Positions 30,202-41,155 of a stretch of DNA of 64,000 nucleotides are shown one piece after another. Made by a program: the position numbers and the translations under genes. Every line of letters begins with the position of its first letter. Within the stretch, counting starts at the first letter, position 1. This stretch comes from Candidatus Poribacteria bacterium (GTDB taxonomy: Bacteria > Poribacteria > WGA-4E > UBA9662). The stretch covers positions 69,592-133,591 of the forward strand of contig JAYZAL010000079.1 of NCBI GenBank assembly GCA_036339735.1, written 5' to 3'. The notes under the pieces were generated by a model. That model ran no database searches. It was not told where the DNA came from and saw only the letters and a list, made by a program, of their open reading frames with translations.

Positions 30202-32531
30202 GAGAATGTAGTATGAGTAATAAAAATCAGATTTGGTACCGAAAACCAGCTAAAGAATGGTTTGAAGCTGTACCGATTGGTAATGGTCGGCTAGGAGCCA
30301 TGGTGTTTGGTCAAGTAGGCTGTGAAAAAATCCAAATTAACGAAGATAGTTTGTGGAGTGGCCAACCCATTGAGCGCGAAAATCCAGTGGCACTCGAGAA
30401 TCTACCAATAGCTAGAAAATTGCTGTTTTCCGGTAATTACATGGATGCAGAACATTTAGTTAAAGAAAAAATCATGGGCTTGAGAATTGAAAAAGGTATC
30501 CATACTTATCAAACTCTAGGAGATTTGACTCTCGATTTTCAAAATGATAACGCCCACTCTGATTCTTGTGTTCCTTCGATCTACCGACGTAGCCTAGATC
30601 TAGATACTGCTGTTGCTACTACCGAATACCAAATAAATCAAGTCAATTACAAGCGAGAAGTATTCTCTAGTTTCGTTGATCAGGCTATTATAGTTCATTT
30701 GACCTTAAGTCAAGGGGACTTATCAACATACGTAACCTTGTCTCGAGCAGACAATCCTGACATCTCAATTGAAGGTGAAACCATTACTATCTCAGGACAA
30801 GCGATTGGAGAGGGCGGAGAGGAACATGCTGTCGGTGTTAAATATGTTGCTCGGTTAGCAGTTGATATTGATAATGGCCAAATCACAGCTGATGGTGCCG
30901 GGGTGTTGGTATCAGGAGCCTCTGAAGTCACTATTACTATAACGGCAGCAACTAGTTATTGGGGAAAAGACCCGATGCTGATTACTAGACAGCAAATGGA
31001 ATTGGCCCGTACAAGAACCTTTGAAGAACTAAAGGGTCGTCATGTAAAAGAACATCAACGTTTGTTCAGAAGGGTAAATTTAAGTATAAAGACAGATCCT
31101 AATGAAACTGATTATCTTCCGACAGACGAACGCTTACAAGCTTTTCAAACTGGGCCTGACGATCCAACCTTGTTGGCCCTGTATTTTCAATTTGGTCGTT
31201 ATTTGCTAATATCCAGTTCTCGGACTGGTAGTTTACCTGCTAATCTTCAAGGAATATGGGAACCAGGATTGTCCCCTCCGTGGAATTCTGACTACCATAT
31301 TAACATTAATATACAGATGAACTATTGGCCAGCGGAGGTCTGTAACTTATCTGAATGCCATCAACCATTTTTTGATTTTATCGACCGGTTACAAGAACGA
31401 GGAGAAATTACAGCAAAAAAAATGTATGGGTGTCGGGGTTTTGTTGCACATCATACTACCGATGCTCTTTTATTTACTAGTGCGATTGGCGATCCAATAT
31501 ACGGTATGTGGGCAATGGGTGCAGGTTGGTGTTGTCGCCATTTATGGGAACATTACTTATATGGGGGTAACGAAGAGTTTTTGGCTTGTACTGCTTATCC
31601 AATCATGAAACAAGCGGCATTGTTCTTCGTCGATTACCTTTCAGAACATCCTCAAACTGGATACTTAGTCTCTGGACCATCTAGTTCACCCGAGAATAGC
31701 TTCCTGACTAGAAACGGCCAAGTTGCGCATCTCACAATGGGTTCAACTATGGATCACCAAATCATTCGCGATTCATTTGATAGTTGTATTCAGGCTAGCC
31801 AAATTCTTGGGATTGATGACGATTTTCGTGAAAGGTTGAAAAGTGTGAAAGATCGATTGCCACCTAATTCCATCGGAAGTGATGGTCGACTGATGGAATG
31901 GACAGAAGAGTTCGAAGAACCGGAACCTGGGCATCGTCATATCTCTCATTTATTTGCTTTACACCCTGGGGAGCAAATTTCGCCTATTCGCACTCCTGAT
32001 TTAGCCGAAGCTTGCAGAAAGACATTGGTACATAGATTACTTCACGGTGGCGGACACACTGGCTGGAGTAGAGCATGGATTATTAATTTTTATGCACGGT
32101 TGCTTGATGGAAACTCGGCGTACCAACACCTTCTGGCACTATTACGTCAATCAACACTTCCCAATTTATTTGACGATCACCCACCTTTTCAAATTGATGG
32201 AAATTTCGGTGGTTGTGCAGGTATAGCTGAAATGCTTCTGCAAAGTCAAAATAGTGAAATACATCTTTTGCCAGCATTACCAGATGTTTGGAAAGAAGGT
32301 ACAGTTTCGGGGTTAAGGGCTAGAGGTGGGTTTGAAGTTGATATCAGCTGGAAAAATGGAAAAATCTTGTGTGCGATGATAAAATCTGATCTGGGTCGTT
32401 CATGTCAAGTCCGAGCCAGTAATCCATTGAAAGTTACCGTTTCAGATAAACCTGTTTCAGTCGAGATAATTAATGAAGCGACTATTCGGTTTTCAACTGA
32501 GAGCAATGTTACCTACAAGTTGCAGGTTTGA
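30198..32531 (+). CDS. GH95 alpha-L-fucosidase (family also includes alpha-L-galactosidases)
   Basis: [58 protein letters not shown]. Confidence 0.95.
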   Translation: MRECSMSNKNQIWYRKPAKEWFEAVPIGNGRLGAMVFGQVGCEKIQINEDSLWSGQPIERENPVALENLPIARKLLFSGNYMDAEHLVKEKIMGLRIEKGIHTYQTLGDLTLDFQNDNAHSDSCVPSIYRRSLDLDTAVATTEYQINQVNYKREVFSSFVDQAIIVHLTLSQGDLSTYVTLSRADNPDISIEGETITISGQAIGEGGEEHAVGVKYVARLAVDIDNGQITADGAGVLVSGASEVTITITAATSYWGKDPMLITRQQMELARTRTFEELKGRHVKEHQRLFRRVNLSIKTDPNETDYLPTDERLQAFQTGPDDPTLLALYFQFGRYLLISSSRTGSLPANLQGIWEPGLSPPWNSDYHININIQMNYWPAEVCNLSECHQPFFDFIDRLQERGEITAKKMYGCRGFVAHHTTDALLFTSAIGDPIYGMWAMGAGWCCRHLWEHYLYGGNEEFLACTAYPIMKQAALFFVDYLSEHPQTGYLVSGPSSSPENSFLTRNGQVAHLTMGSTMDHQIIRDSFDSCIQASQILGIDDDFRERLKSVKDRLPPNSIGSDGRLMEWTEEFEEPEPGHRHISHLFALHPGEQISPIRTPDLAEACRKTLVHRLLHGGGHTGWSRAWIINFYARLLDGNSAYQHLLALLRQSTLPNLFDDHPPFQIDGNFGGCAGIAEMLLQSQNSEIHLLPALPDVWKEGTVSGLRARGGFEVDISWKNGKILCAMIKSDLGRSCQVRASNPLKVTVSDKPVSVEIINEATIRFSTESNVTYKLQV

Positions 32532-32990
32532 TTATAAATTTCCGAAAACATTATTACGCAACGTACTGACTTAATTTTTTAAGATATAGTAATTTCTTTT
32601 ATGAAGTTCAGGAAGACTTCTGTGAGGTAATTTTTACCAGACGTTGAAACGATTGTTTTTATCTTGGTTACGAATTAGTTGGGCAGAGGCGAGATGTATT
32701 TAAGTTTCGTGGTCAGAAAAAAACGGTATAGGGTTCTAGGCACGGTAAGTATTGCGAAAAGAGCTCGTTAAAATTTAATCTGCAGCCACAAAACAAACGG
32801 AAAGGACTTGTATTCCAACACAAAAATTAACAATAGTATTACCGCTTGGTTAGAGCGGTTTTATATATAAAATTATAGTGTGGAAATAGAATATTCTTGG
32901 TTAACATAATTTTAGTTAGATGAAATCGCCCCAGCTACTTATTTTGGTGAGTTTTACTCGGAAATCAAAATCGTGGAAAAAAGTAGTTGA

Positions 32991-33018
32991 TTGACCTTAT
33001 ATTGAGTCAAATATAGCT
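32991..33018. promoter_or_regulatory. Dyad motif copy 1 (TTGAC-N10-GTCAA + ATATAGCT)
   Basis: TTGACCTTATATTGAGTCAAATATAGCT; 24/29 identical to 42591-42619. Confidence 0.5.
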
Positions 33019-33166
33019 CGTTTTATATTCATATACCGTTATAAAAAGCATTCAGCTTAGGAAAATTAGCGGATTGGCGTGGCTTTCAAGAAATGCATTT
33101 TTTTTCCAAGTCTTTATAAGCATACTAGAAGGACTTATCAGACAAAAGACGGATTAGTCATAATTT

Positions 33167-33547
33167 ATGAGTCGATCTTCTTCATTTTTAGGTTACTATC
33201 GTCGTCTGTTCGTTTTTGTATGTACGTGTGTGTTGCTAGTCGCACTTTTGTGTGGAGTTACCTACCGTCAGCTAGGCGGTCATAACGGTGCTAGATATTG
33301 GATGGCAGGGAGAGCACTAGATGCTTTAGAAGTAAAAGTTCTACGCAACCGGCCCGACGACATATCAGTTGAGCAAGTCACTACAAACTTTCAAATCATC
33401 CGTGATGCCAATCGGGAACAAACAATTGATCTTGACAAACTATACTCTGCACTTCGAGGCTACCAAACCAAATTTTGGCGTAATAAGCCTTCAAATGATC
33501 AAGTTCGACAGTTTCTTTCAGATCTAACTAATGCTACCCGTGAATAG
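33167..33547 (+). CDS. Hypothetical membrane-anchored protein
   Basis: 126-aa ORF with one N-terminal TM helix and a helical soluble part; no family recognised. Confidence 0.6.
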   Translation: MSRSSSFLGYYRRLFVFVCTCVLLVALLCGVTYRQLGGHNGARYWMAGRALDALEVKVLRNRPDDISVEQVTTNFQIIRDANREQTIDLDKLYSALRGYQTKFWRNKPSNDQVRQFLSDLTNATRE

Positions 33548-33576
33548 ATAGGCCTACGAGCTTTACATTTTTACTA

Positions 33577-35385
33577 CTAACATGTCGACTTTTGTTCATT
33601 TTTCTTGCGTTTTAGTAATGCTATAACGAGGGAAAAACTGAGGAGTGCAAGTATGATCGGTAACGTGCGTTCCAATTTTTTCCCTTTTTCATATTCGTTG
33701 ATTTCCCTCAAATAGTCTTGAGCATCTGAATGATTTGGGTTTAATTCTAGTGTATGATCGAAAGCCTTGTTAGCCGATTTTATTTGTCCTTGCGAGTACA
33801 AACTAATACCTAGATTATAGTAGGCAGATGCGTTTTTAGAATCATGTTCGATAACTTCAGAAAATGTTTTCGTTGCCTTTGAATAGTCTTCTTGCTTAAG
33901 ATATTTCCATCCCTTAAGCAAAAGAGTTTCAACCAAATTATGTTGAGCTTCCCAACAATTAACATCATAATCTAACGATTTCCGATAATAGTCCATTGCT
34001 TTCTCCCATTTTTGCTGCCCAGCGACTTCTACCCCCAAATTATTGAGTGTAGCAGCTATACTAATCAATGCATCAATATGGTTTGGTTTAATCTGAAGTA
34101 TGTCTTCATAAACTTGAAATGCTCGGTTATATAATTTCATCATTCCATATGTAGAACCAAGGTCATACAAGAGAATAGACGAATTGGGGAAATCTTTTAA
34201 TCCTTCGTTTAGAGTCTGAACTGCAGCATCTTTTTCACCTTTTTGTCGCTGATCCAGCGCTTTGTGATGATAAGCTGCGACCATATTTCTCCTCAGTAAT
34301 TCTGATTCAGGATCGGCACGTAAGGCTTGACCTAGGTAAGTAAGTGCTAAATCATAATTTCCTTGTAAAATATAGGTGGTTCCGATTGCTCCGAGTTTTT
34401 TAGCCGTTGGTTGACCATCTACTGACCGAAAATAATCTTTCAGTGCTAATTCGTAATCAGAATCTTGTTGGCGGATCTGCGCCATTTGCCAAGCTACCTT
34501 TTTGGCCAGTGGGTTAATTGTAATAGCTTTTTGAAAAACAGACATTGCCAATTCATAATCTCCTAAGTCCATGTGTATTAAACCAATAGCGTAAAGATGT
34601 TCAGCTATGTTAGCTTGTTTTGTAAGAGCTGTTTTTAAGGCTTTTAGTGAGGATTGGTGAAGTGAAGAACCGACCGGCTCCTTTAGTAATTGATTAACAG
34701 TTGCGACATCTCGTGCAGATAATTTTTTAACTACCGGTTGATAATACATGATATCGCTAGATTTGCTACTATGTCCCCATAAGCCTATGGCATGTCCAAT
34801 TTCGTGGAGTAGAATGGTACGGAGGTCTTCAGGTTGTAAAAAGTCAATTTGTTTAGCCTGTCGGACAAAAATCTCGATTTCTACTTGGATTTCTGTTCTG
34901 TGTCCATTTGGGTCTGGCCGAATCAAAACTGATTCTCCACCATGTGGATGTAAACCTCCGATCTGACGATGATGGTTCCACAATATATGGATATTGGCAG
35001 ATTTTTTATCTGAGATAAAGGAAAATTCCAGTCCTGTTGCTATTTCCCATTGTTGAAAAGACTCAATGAGAATTTGTCTGTAAACATCTGTCAGATTTCG
35101 ACTTACTGAAATTGGTGCGATAAAGACTGAAATTGTGGATTTGTTGAAGTGTGTTAATCTGCCATTAGTAAACATACCACACCGCCCTAAATAATCATTA
35201 TCAGCTATTTTAGAAATAGGGAATCTCTGTGCGAATGAATTAGGTATACAAAGGTAATAAACGAAAAGTCCAATTAAGATAGACTGCTTCAATCGGAGAG
35301 GAAGTACATTCATTTTCAAACTATACCAGCTTTTATATCTCAACAGTTCAAAGGCGCTGGATGGTAGTATTACTAAATTAAACAC
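33577..35385 (-). CDS. Matrixin (M10/metzincin) metallopeptidase + TPR, C-terminally anchored
   Basis: HEIGHAIGLWGH, Met-turn DIMY, multiple TPRs, C-terminal TM followed by KRKK; signal-like N-terminus. Confidence 0.85.
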   Translation of the reverse strand: MFNLVILPSSAFELLRYKSWYSLKMNVLPLRLKQSILIGLFVYYLCIPNSFAQRFPISKIADNDYLGRCGMFTNGRLTHFNKSTISVFIAPISVSRNLTDVYRQILIESFQQWEIATGLEFSFISDKKSANIHILWNHHRQIGGLHPHGGESVLIRPDPNGHRTEIQVEIEIFVRQAKQIDFLQPEDLRTILLHEIGHAIGLWGHSSKSSDIMYYQPVVKKLSARDVATVNQLLKEPVGSSLHQSSLKALKTALTKQANIAEHLYAIGLIHMDLGDYELAMSVFQKAITINPLAKKVAWQMAQIRQQDSDYELALKDYFRSVDGQPTAKKLGAIGTTYILQGNYDLALTYLGQALRADPESELLRRNMVAAYHHKALDQRQKGEKDAAVQTLNEGLKDFPNSSILLYDLGSTYGMMKLYNRAFQVYEDILQIKPNHIDALISIAATLNNLGVEVAGQQKWEKAMDYYRKSLDYDVNCWEAQHNLVETLLLKGWKYLKQEDYSKATKTFSEVIEHDSKNASAYYNLGISLYSQGQIKSANKAFDHTLELNPNHSDAQDYLREINEYEKGKKLERTLPIILALLSFSLVIALLKRKKNEQKSTC

Positions 35386-35397
35386 GAAGGTATTATA

Positions 35398-36721
35398 ATG
35401 AATGATTTCACCTTACAAAATTTTATTCGAAACGGTTATGTGGTCCTAAAACCTGATTTTCCTGATGAATTACATCAAATAATTCACAGGAAAACCCAGT
35501 TGGCTGTCAAAAATGGAAACCCCGGCAACAAAATTTTTGAGCAAATACCGGAATTACATAAAATATTTGATCATGTAGAAATTCGACAGACACTGAGTCA
35601 AATAGTGGGAGATAACTACATTATGCACCCACATCGGCACTGTCATGTCAATCCACCGAACAGTAATGGACAAGAATTGCATCAAGATGGAACGCCTCGC
35701 CAATTCTCTGGTTGGAATCATCCTTGGCGACGTCATCATCATCTACGTTTAGCAATGGCTTTTTACTATCCTCATGATGTCTCAGAAACGATGGGGGAAC
35801 TAGTGTTATTCCGTCTAGCCAGTACTACAACAATCGTCATCCAAAAGATGATCGAGTAGAGTTTAAGATTGTAGGTAGTCCTGGAACGATAGCAATCGTT
35901 CACTATGACATTTGGCATCGAGCCACTATCAATTCAACTAATTCACCTCGTTATATGATGAAATTTCTATTTCAGAGGTGTACTGAACCTTCATTAAAAA
36001 AATAAATGATAGTCAGAAACCACCATTGTTTGACCGCTCTGTTGATGAGTATCATTGGCATTGGTTTCATCGTCGACAAAAAAACTTCTGTAATGAAACA
36101 AACCTCTCACTTAATCACTCTACTAAAAGCCTAATTGAGAAATTGAGTGAGGATTCTCGAAGCATTGTCCAAACAAAGTCGATTTACCACTTGGCTCAAA
36201 TCGGTGGTGAGGCTGTAGGTCAATTGATGGACGCATTACAAAATGGCCACTCAGAGATACACCGATTGAATATTGCGACCGCTTTGAGTTCTATCGGTAA
36301 ATCTAGTGTCTCTGGGCTCAAAGATGTTGTGAGATTTTCTGGCGATTGGTGGCTCAGAGCAACCGCAATAGACACTTTGGGGGATATCGGAGAATTGGAA
36401 AATGATAGCATACTTTTGTTGGTCGAATCTTTATCAGATGACTCTGCATGGGTACGTCGAAACGCAGCATATGCACTCGGCACCGTTGCGCCCAAAGATT
36501 CTGAAGCCTTACCTGAATTGATTCTATCGACGAAAGATAAACATTCGTTTGTTCGAATTAATGCTTTAAAATCGTTGATTCGCATCTATCGATCGACAAA
36601 ACAGAGTGGTCGAGACTATTCAGAGATAATCACTGCCTATCAAGATGCCCTGAAGGATCAAAATAATCGAGTAGTTGAATATGCACGACAATACCTTAAG
36701 TTGATCGAGCAACAATTTTAG
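35398..36721 (+). pseudogene. PhyH-like dioxygenase + HEAT-repeat fusion broken by two homopolymer frameshifts (pseudogene or sequencing error)
   Basis: Adding one G at G5 (35793-35797) gives MGGTSVIPSSQYY..HYDIWHRAT..RYMMKF. Adding one A at A7 (35996-36002) joins this to the HEAT ORF 36026-36721. Confidence 0.75.
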
Positions 36722-36739
36722 ATCGTGTCAAAAATATTG

Positions 36740-37498
36740 TCAATTCATTCTCAATTCTGACCAGGTAGTAGTTAGGCAATTTTTACGTTCTATTGCTAGA
36801 TCAGGTATTTCAACAGTATTGAAAATTTCTAAATGATCCCAGTACGCATCGGTAGTTCCTCCCCGATCTTCCCTACCGAAAACTCCCAAACCTATGCTTC
36901 CGACGGTTTCCCATTTTTCTACTAGTATTGTCTCAACCAAATCGTCAATTTTTATCATTGCTTTTCCATCATCATCAATCACAAAGTCAAATTTGACCCA
37001 CCGTTCTCGATCTGAGATAGATTTGCTTTTACGCACACTAAGGCCGTCAAATATAACATAAAACCCTTCGTAATCTTTGTGTCCTGATTGTCCAATTTGA
37101 CATTTCCTTTTAGAACCGTCGAAAGTTTTGTCATCCCCAATGAACAAGTACTGCTGGTCGACCTTAACGCGGTTTTTCCAACCGCGTTCGTAAAACCAAA
37201 CCCTCAAATGAAAAGGCTTTGAATAATTCACTGTTTGCCACATTTGCTGCCAGATACCTAATTGCGTTGGGGCTAGACGCAAGCTATTGTACCCATTAGG
37301 ACCTTTATTGTACTTTGAGCTAAGTTTCCAATTGACACCTTGAACTTCCCAATTACTCTCTATTTGTCCAATATTTTCAAAATCCTCTTTGAACACTAAC
37401 TCAGCTGATATTGGTAAGATCATCTCACAAAACAGGAAAAGAAATAGCAACTTAGTACAATGATAATCTCGGAAACTAAAATAAATGAAGAATAACAT
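36740..37498 (-). CDS. Exported beta-sandwich (LamG/ConA-like) protein with C-terminal TTW motif
   Basis: Signal-like segment, FKEDFE start, RWVKFDFVI, YWDHLEI; ends LAIERKNCLTTTWSELRMN. Confidence 0.6.
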   Translation of the reverse strand: MLFFIYFSFRDYHCTKLLFLFLFCEMILPISAELVFKEDFENIGQIESNWEVQGVNWKLSSKYNKGPNGYNSLRLAPTQLGIWQQMWQTVNYSKPFHLRVWFYERGWKNRVKVDQQYLFIGDDKTFDGSKRKCQIGQSGHKDYEGFYVIFDGLSVRKSKSISDRERWVKFDFVIDDDGKAMIKIDDLVETILVEKWETVGSIGLGVFGREDRGGTTDAYWDHLEIFNTVEIPDLAIERKNCLTTTWSELRMN

Positions 37499-37652
37499 CA
37501 GGTAAAAAAGTTTTGAGTTGACTTGGCAAATGACCGAACTATAGTATGTGTGGCTGGATAGTGTAGCATAAATTTATCTTATGATAAGCAAAAAAGGTTA
37601 TTCCCTAAACTAAGTGATTTGAAAAAAATCAAGGAAGCAAAATTATAAAACT

Positions 37653-38864
37653 ATGAAAGACTATATGACACGTGCCACTCACTGTAATTATCAGGCAACT
37701 GAAGAAGAAATTTACCAAACTCTTCGTAAAATCACTGATCCACTAACCCGATCTTGGTCAAAGATTGAAAAGGCCCAAAAAGTGGTTGTTAAATTCAACA
37801 TGATGAAATTACCAGATCGGATTGAGTACTTCCGGGGTCGTCGGAGAGAATTAGTTGACGACGCAGTTTGTCGAGCAATCTTACGCCTTATTAAAGAGCA
37901 TACTACGGCTCAACTAATTGCAACTGACACCAACCCTTACAACAATGGTAACCTTATGCCAGAGCAATTTAATTATCTGCACTTATTAAAGGAATTTGAT
38001 GTTCAATTCGTTGATTCTAGCCGGCCCCCTTTTGCTGATTATGTTGTTCCAGATGGTGGTTTGATGTTTAACCGTTATACTTTAAATGCTTGCTTTGAAG
38101 AAGCTGATGCCACAGTATCAGTTGCCAAAATGAAAAATCATGCTTTCATGGGTATTACTCTCTGTACAAAGAACCTATTTGGTTTACCTCCGATTATTCC
38201 GCCCATGGGGAGGACCCGAAGCTACTACCACCACTTAATCCGGTTATCTTATGTGTTACCTGATTTGGCCATGATTACCCAACCTTGCTTGAATATAATT
38301 GATGGATTGACTGGGCAATGGGGACGAGAATGGGGTGGAGAAGGTCGAGTCTGCAATACACTAATCGCAGGGGACCACCCTATTGCTACCGATACTTGTG
38401 GAATGTATTTAATGGGACATGACCCTAAATCTGATTGGCCCACTGCCCCGTTTAAGCGTGATCGAAATCATCTTCTTGTCGCTGCGCAACACGGTTATGG
38501 AACCGTAGATTTGGAAGATATAGATTTTGAATCCGATGTTACGGTGCCACTTGCAGAATTTGATTCTGTTGAAACAGATTCTATGGAGACAGTTGCTAAA
38601 TGGCGAAGAACAACCTGTGAACAAGGACTGATTTACGAGGAAAAGCAAAGAGAGCTAATCGACAAATACCGGAATAGTTTCATATATTTACAGGATGGTG
38701 AAGTCGTTTGGTCTGGTACGGATCCATCTAATTTAGGTAGTCGAAGGCAGTTAAGTGGTGAACGAAAGGATAGTGCCTTATGGTTAAAACTAGTCGATCC
38801 AGAAGAGTATGAAGGCGAGAGATTTCAGGTTTATAGAGATTGTTTAACCGAATTTGTTGCATGA
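37653..38864 (+). CDS. DUF362-family protein with C-terminal extension
   Basis: VVVKFN, SVAKMKNH..GITLCTKNLFG, NIIDGL..G.E, HPIATD. Confidence 0.8.
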   Translation: MKDYMTRATHCNYQATEEEIYQTLRKITDPLTRSWSKIEKAQKVVVKFNMMKLPDRIEYFRGRRRELVDDAVCRAILRLIKEHTTAQLIATDTNPYNNGNLMPEQFNYLHLLKEFDVQFVDSSRPPFADYVVPDGGLMFNRYTLNACFEEADATVSVAKMKNHAFMGITLCTKNLFGLPPIIPPMGRTRSYYHHLIRLSYVLPDLAMITQPCLNIIDGLTGQWGREWGGEGRVCNTLIAGDHPIATDTCGMYLMGHDPKSDWPTAPFKRDRNHLLVAAQHGYGTVDLEDIDFESDVTVPLAEFDSVETDSMETVAKWRRTTCEQGLIYEEKQRELIDKYRNSFIYLQDGEVVWSGTDPSNLGSRRQLSGERKDSALWLKLVDPEEYEGERFQVYRDCLTEFVA

Positions 38865-38896
38865 AAAAAATCAAAAAAATATAAGGAAAAAATCGA

Positions 38897-39721
38897 ATGA
38901 AACTAGGTGTTTCAACCTATTCCTATTGGCATTTCACACCAGAGAAAGTACCAATCGAGACAGTAATTCATAAAGCAGCCGAACTAGACCTCGACGGAGT
39001 TGAAATTTTACATAGACAAATGGCGAGTGAAGGTAACCGCTATTTACAAAATTTAAAAAGGGAAGCCTTTTTATGTGGATTAGATTTGTATGCTTTGTCA
39101 ATTCATCAAGGCTTTGTCTCTCCCGACGCTGAACACCGGCGAACCAATATCGACCATACCAAACATTGTATTGAACTCGCTTATAAATTGGGCATTCCTG
39201 CCATCCGGCTTAATTCAGGCAGATGGGGAACAATTCCTGATTTTGATGTGTTAATGGAAAATGGCGGAGATGAACCACCTATTTCGGGTTATACTGAAAA
39301 TGATGCGTTCGATTGGATAATTTCAGCAATTGAAGAGTGTTTGCCGACAGCCGAAAAAAACGGTGTGGTTTTAGGTTTAGAAAATCATTGGGGTTTAACT
39401 AACACACCTGAGGGGGTTAACCGGATAGTTTCAGCTGTTGACTCAGCTTGGCTTAAAATCACGATGGATTGTGGTAATTTCTTAGAAAACCCGTACCAAA
39501 AGCTGGAAGAAATTGCTCCCGAAACCGTTTTGGTACATGCTAAAACGTACTATGGCGGTGGCGAGTGGTATACGCTTGAACTAGATTATAAAAAAGTTGC
39601 CGAAATTTTGAATTCCAACGACTTCAGCGGCTATGTATCAATTGAGTTTGAGGGGCGCGACCCGGCCGATTTAGGAGTTCCAAAAAGTGTGGATCTTGTT
39701 CGAAAAGCATTCCGAATGTGA
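38897..39721 (+). CDS. Sugar phosphate isomerase/epimerase (AP endonuclease 2 TIM barrel)
   Basis: DGVEI, LENHWG, DCGNF, HAK, SIEFEG. Confidence 0.88.
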   Translation: MKLGVSTYSYWHFTPEKVPIETVIHKAAELDLDGVEILHRQMASEGNRYLQNLKREAFLCGLDLYALSIHQGFVSPDAEHRRTNIDHTKHCIELAYKLGIPAIRLNSGRWGTIPDFDVLMENGGDEPPISGYTENDAFDWIISAIEECLPTAEKNGVVLGLENHWGLTNTPEGVNRIVSAVDSAWLKITMDCGNFLENPYQKLEEIAPETVLVHAKTYYGGGEWYTLELDYKKVAEILNSNDFSGYVSIEFEGRDPADLGVPKSVDLVRKAFRM

Positions 39722-39736
39722 AAAATTTCTTTCTGG

Positions 39737-40390
39737 CTATTTTCGTGTGTAGAGTATTGAGTTTCCACTTTTACTGACGGGAAAAATTTCTCCCAACTGA
39801 CGCAGGCAGTAGCAAATGCGTTGGGCTAAACGGCGGGGAATTTTGAGTTCCTCAGACAAGTCAGCTGTCGAAAAAGAAATGGCCAATGTTTCCTGAAATG
39901 TTAATTTAGCTAGTTGAGGTGGGTCATTAATCGTCATAGTTTCTTGTACTGATAGGAGATTTCGCTTTGAAACTTTCCATCCTTTTCGATACGATCGGCT
40001 TTCTATGCGAAACTCTTCTATTTCAACCAAAATTATCTCTATGGAAAAATTATCTGATGCTAATACTTGAGGAATAGAAACTAACTCATCAAATAACTGT
40101 AACCACCTACCTCTTTTTGGAGATTTTCGACGACTACCATTTTTACACAACCATTTTGTCTGAGCGACTGGATAGACTAACTTGAGGGGGTGAAGATTTG
40201 TCAAACGAACTATTTTTCTGCTGATTTGGGAAAAGTTAGCCGTTTGTATTTCGATTAGCTGATCACCACGAACTAGATCAATGATGTACCCATCAACTTC
40301 GACCTCTTGTTTGTCTCCAGCCTTTTTATACCACTTTTTAATGCTGGCATGTAGAGGACCTTCGTTAAGTGTACCTATTTTTTGTGTCAA
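39737..40390 (-). CDS. Hypothetical PD-(D/E)XK-like nuclease with possible C-terminal winged helix
   Basis: E-x-x-LH..K, YIIDL..LIEIQT; C-terminal FSTADLSEEL..AQRICYCL..G. Confidence 0.55.
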   Translation of the reverse strand: MTQKIGTLNEGPLHASIKKWYKKAGDKQEVEVDGYIIDLVRGDQLIEIQTANFSQISRKIVRLTNLHPLKLVYPVAQTKWLCKNGSRRKSPKRGRWLQLFDELVSIPQVLASDNFSIEIILVEIEEFRIESRSYRKGWKVSKRNLLSVQETMTINDPPQLAKLTFQETLAISFSTADLSEELKIPRRLAQRICYCLRQLGEIFPVSKSGNSILYTRK

Positions 40391-40715
40391 AAGTATTTAA
40401 TATTTATCGTTATATTTGCTTAAGTTATTTTAGTATTGCACAAAAAACAAATCTTTAGTTTTATTGAGAGTGTCAGTTACTATTTTTCTATACCCGACAA
40501 TAGCACTATCAAATTTCATTTTGTCCGAACCGGCGGGAATAATTGAAAAAAGTATACGGATTCAAATTATCTACCTGTTTTTTCGTTGATTCGAAAGCTA
40601 TTATCAAAAAAAGGACTAGTGATTGAAGGCTTATATAGATAAAGCTGTGTTGCTCAAAGTACTTCATGACAACTTAGATAACAAAAAAATTTAGTATGTA
40701 CTCTAGTTGGTACCA

Positions 40716-41126
40716 TTATTTATCTTTCGTAATAGCTAATTTCTCAGATACACCTAGACAATCGAGAACTTGAACGATCGGTCTGAGGTAGTCCAACTGA
40801 CCTATCAATATATCGGCTTGAGTTTCGCTTGCTTCTTCGCCATAGTTTTCTTCAACATCAATTGTGATTGATAGTATATAGCGACGACTAAATAACAAAA
40901 AGAAAATACTAATCAAAATTAGACTAGTACCGAATACTTTTCCTAGAATACCACCTCCAAAAAATAGTGCACTAATCGGGATCAGAAAGAAACCAGAACA
41001 ACCAGTCAGCGCTAAATCGGGTTTCAGAGTGTAATTCTTGATTTGTGAAAGTCTATATGTTTGATCGTTGACGATTAGCTGCTGATTGTCTATAACGATA
41101 TGTTCATCTTGGTAGGTCATATTCAA
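40716..41126 (-). CDS. Small two-TM membrane protein (DUF6232-like)
   Basis: YQDEHIVID..QTYRLSQI followed by two hydrophobic helices. Confidence 0.55.
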   Translation of the reverse strand: MNMTYQDEHIVIDNQQLIVNDQTYRLSQIKNYTLKPDLALTGCSGFFLIPISALFFGGGILGKVFGTSLILISIFFLLFSRRYILSITIDVEENYGEEASETQADILIGQLDYLRPIVQVLDCLGVSEKLAITKDK

Positions 41127-41155
41127 ATGGCACTACCTCACTGATAAGTGCTCAC

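Noticed and set aside
32532-32990. Long AT-rich intergenic stretch as a hidden gene or ncRNA
   Set aside because: Only short unconvincing ORFs and no recognisable structured RNA by eye; an Rfam scan would be needed.
35790-36005. Programmed ribosomal frameshifting in the PhyH-HEAT gene
   Set aside because: Two successive recoding events with no evident stimulatory structure are less parsimonious than sequencing error or decay.
40391-40715. AT-rich gap between two minus-strand genes
   Set aside because: No credible ORF, repeat or hairpin identified.
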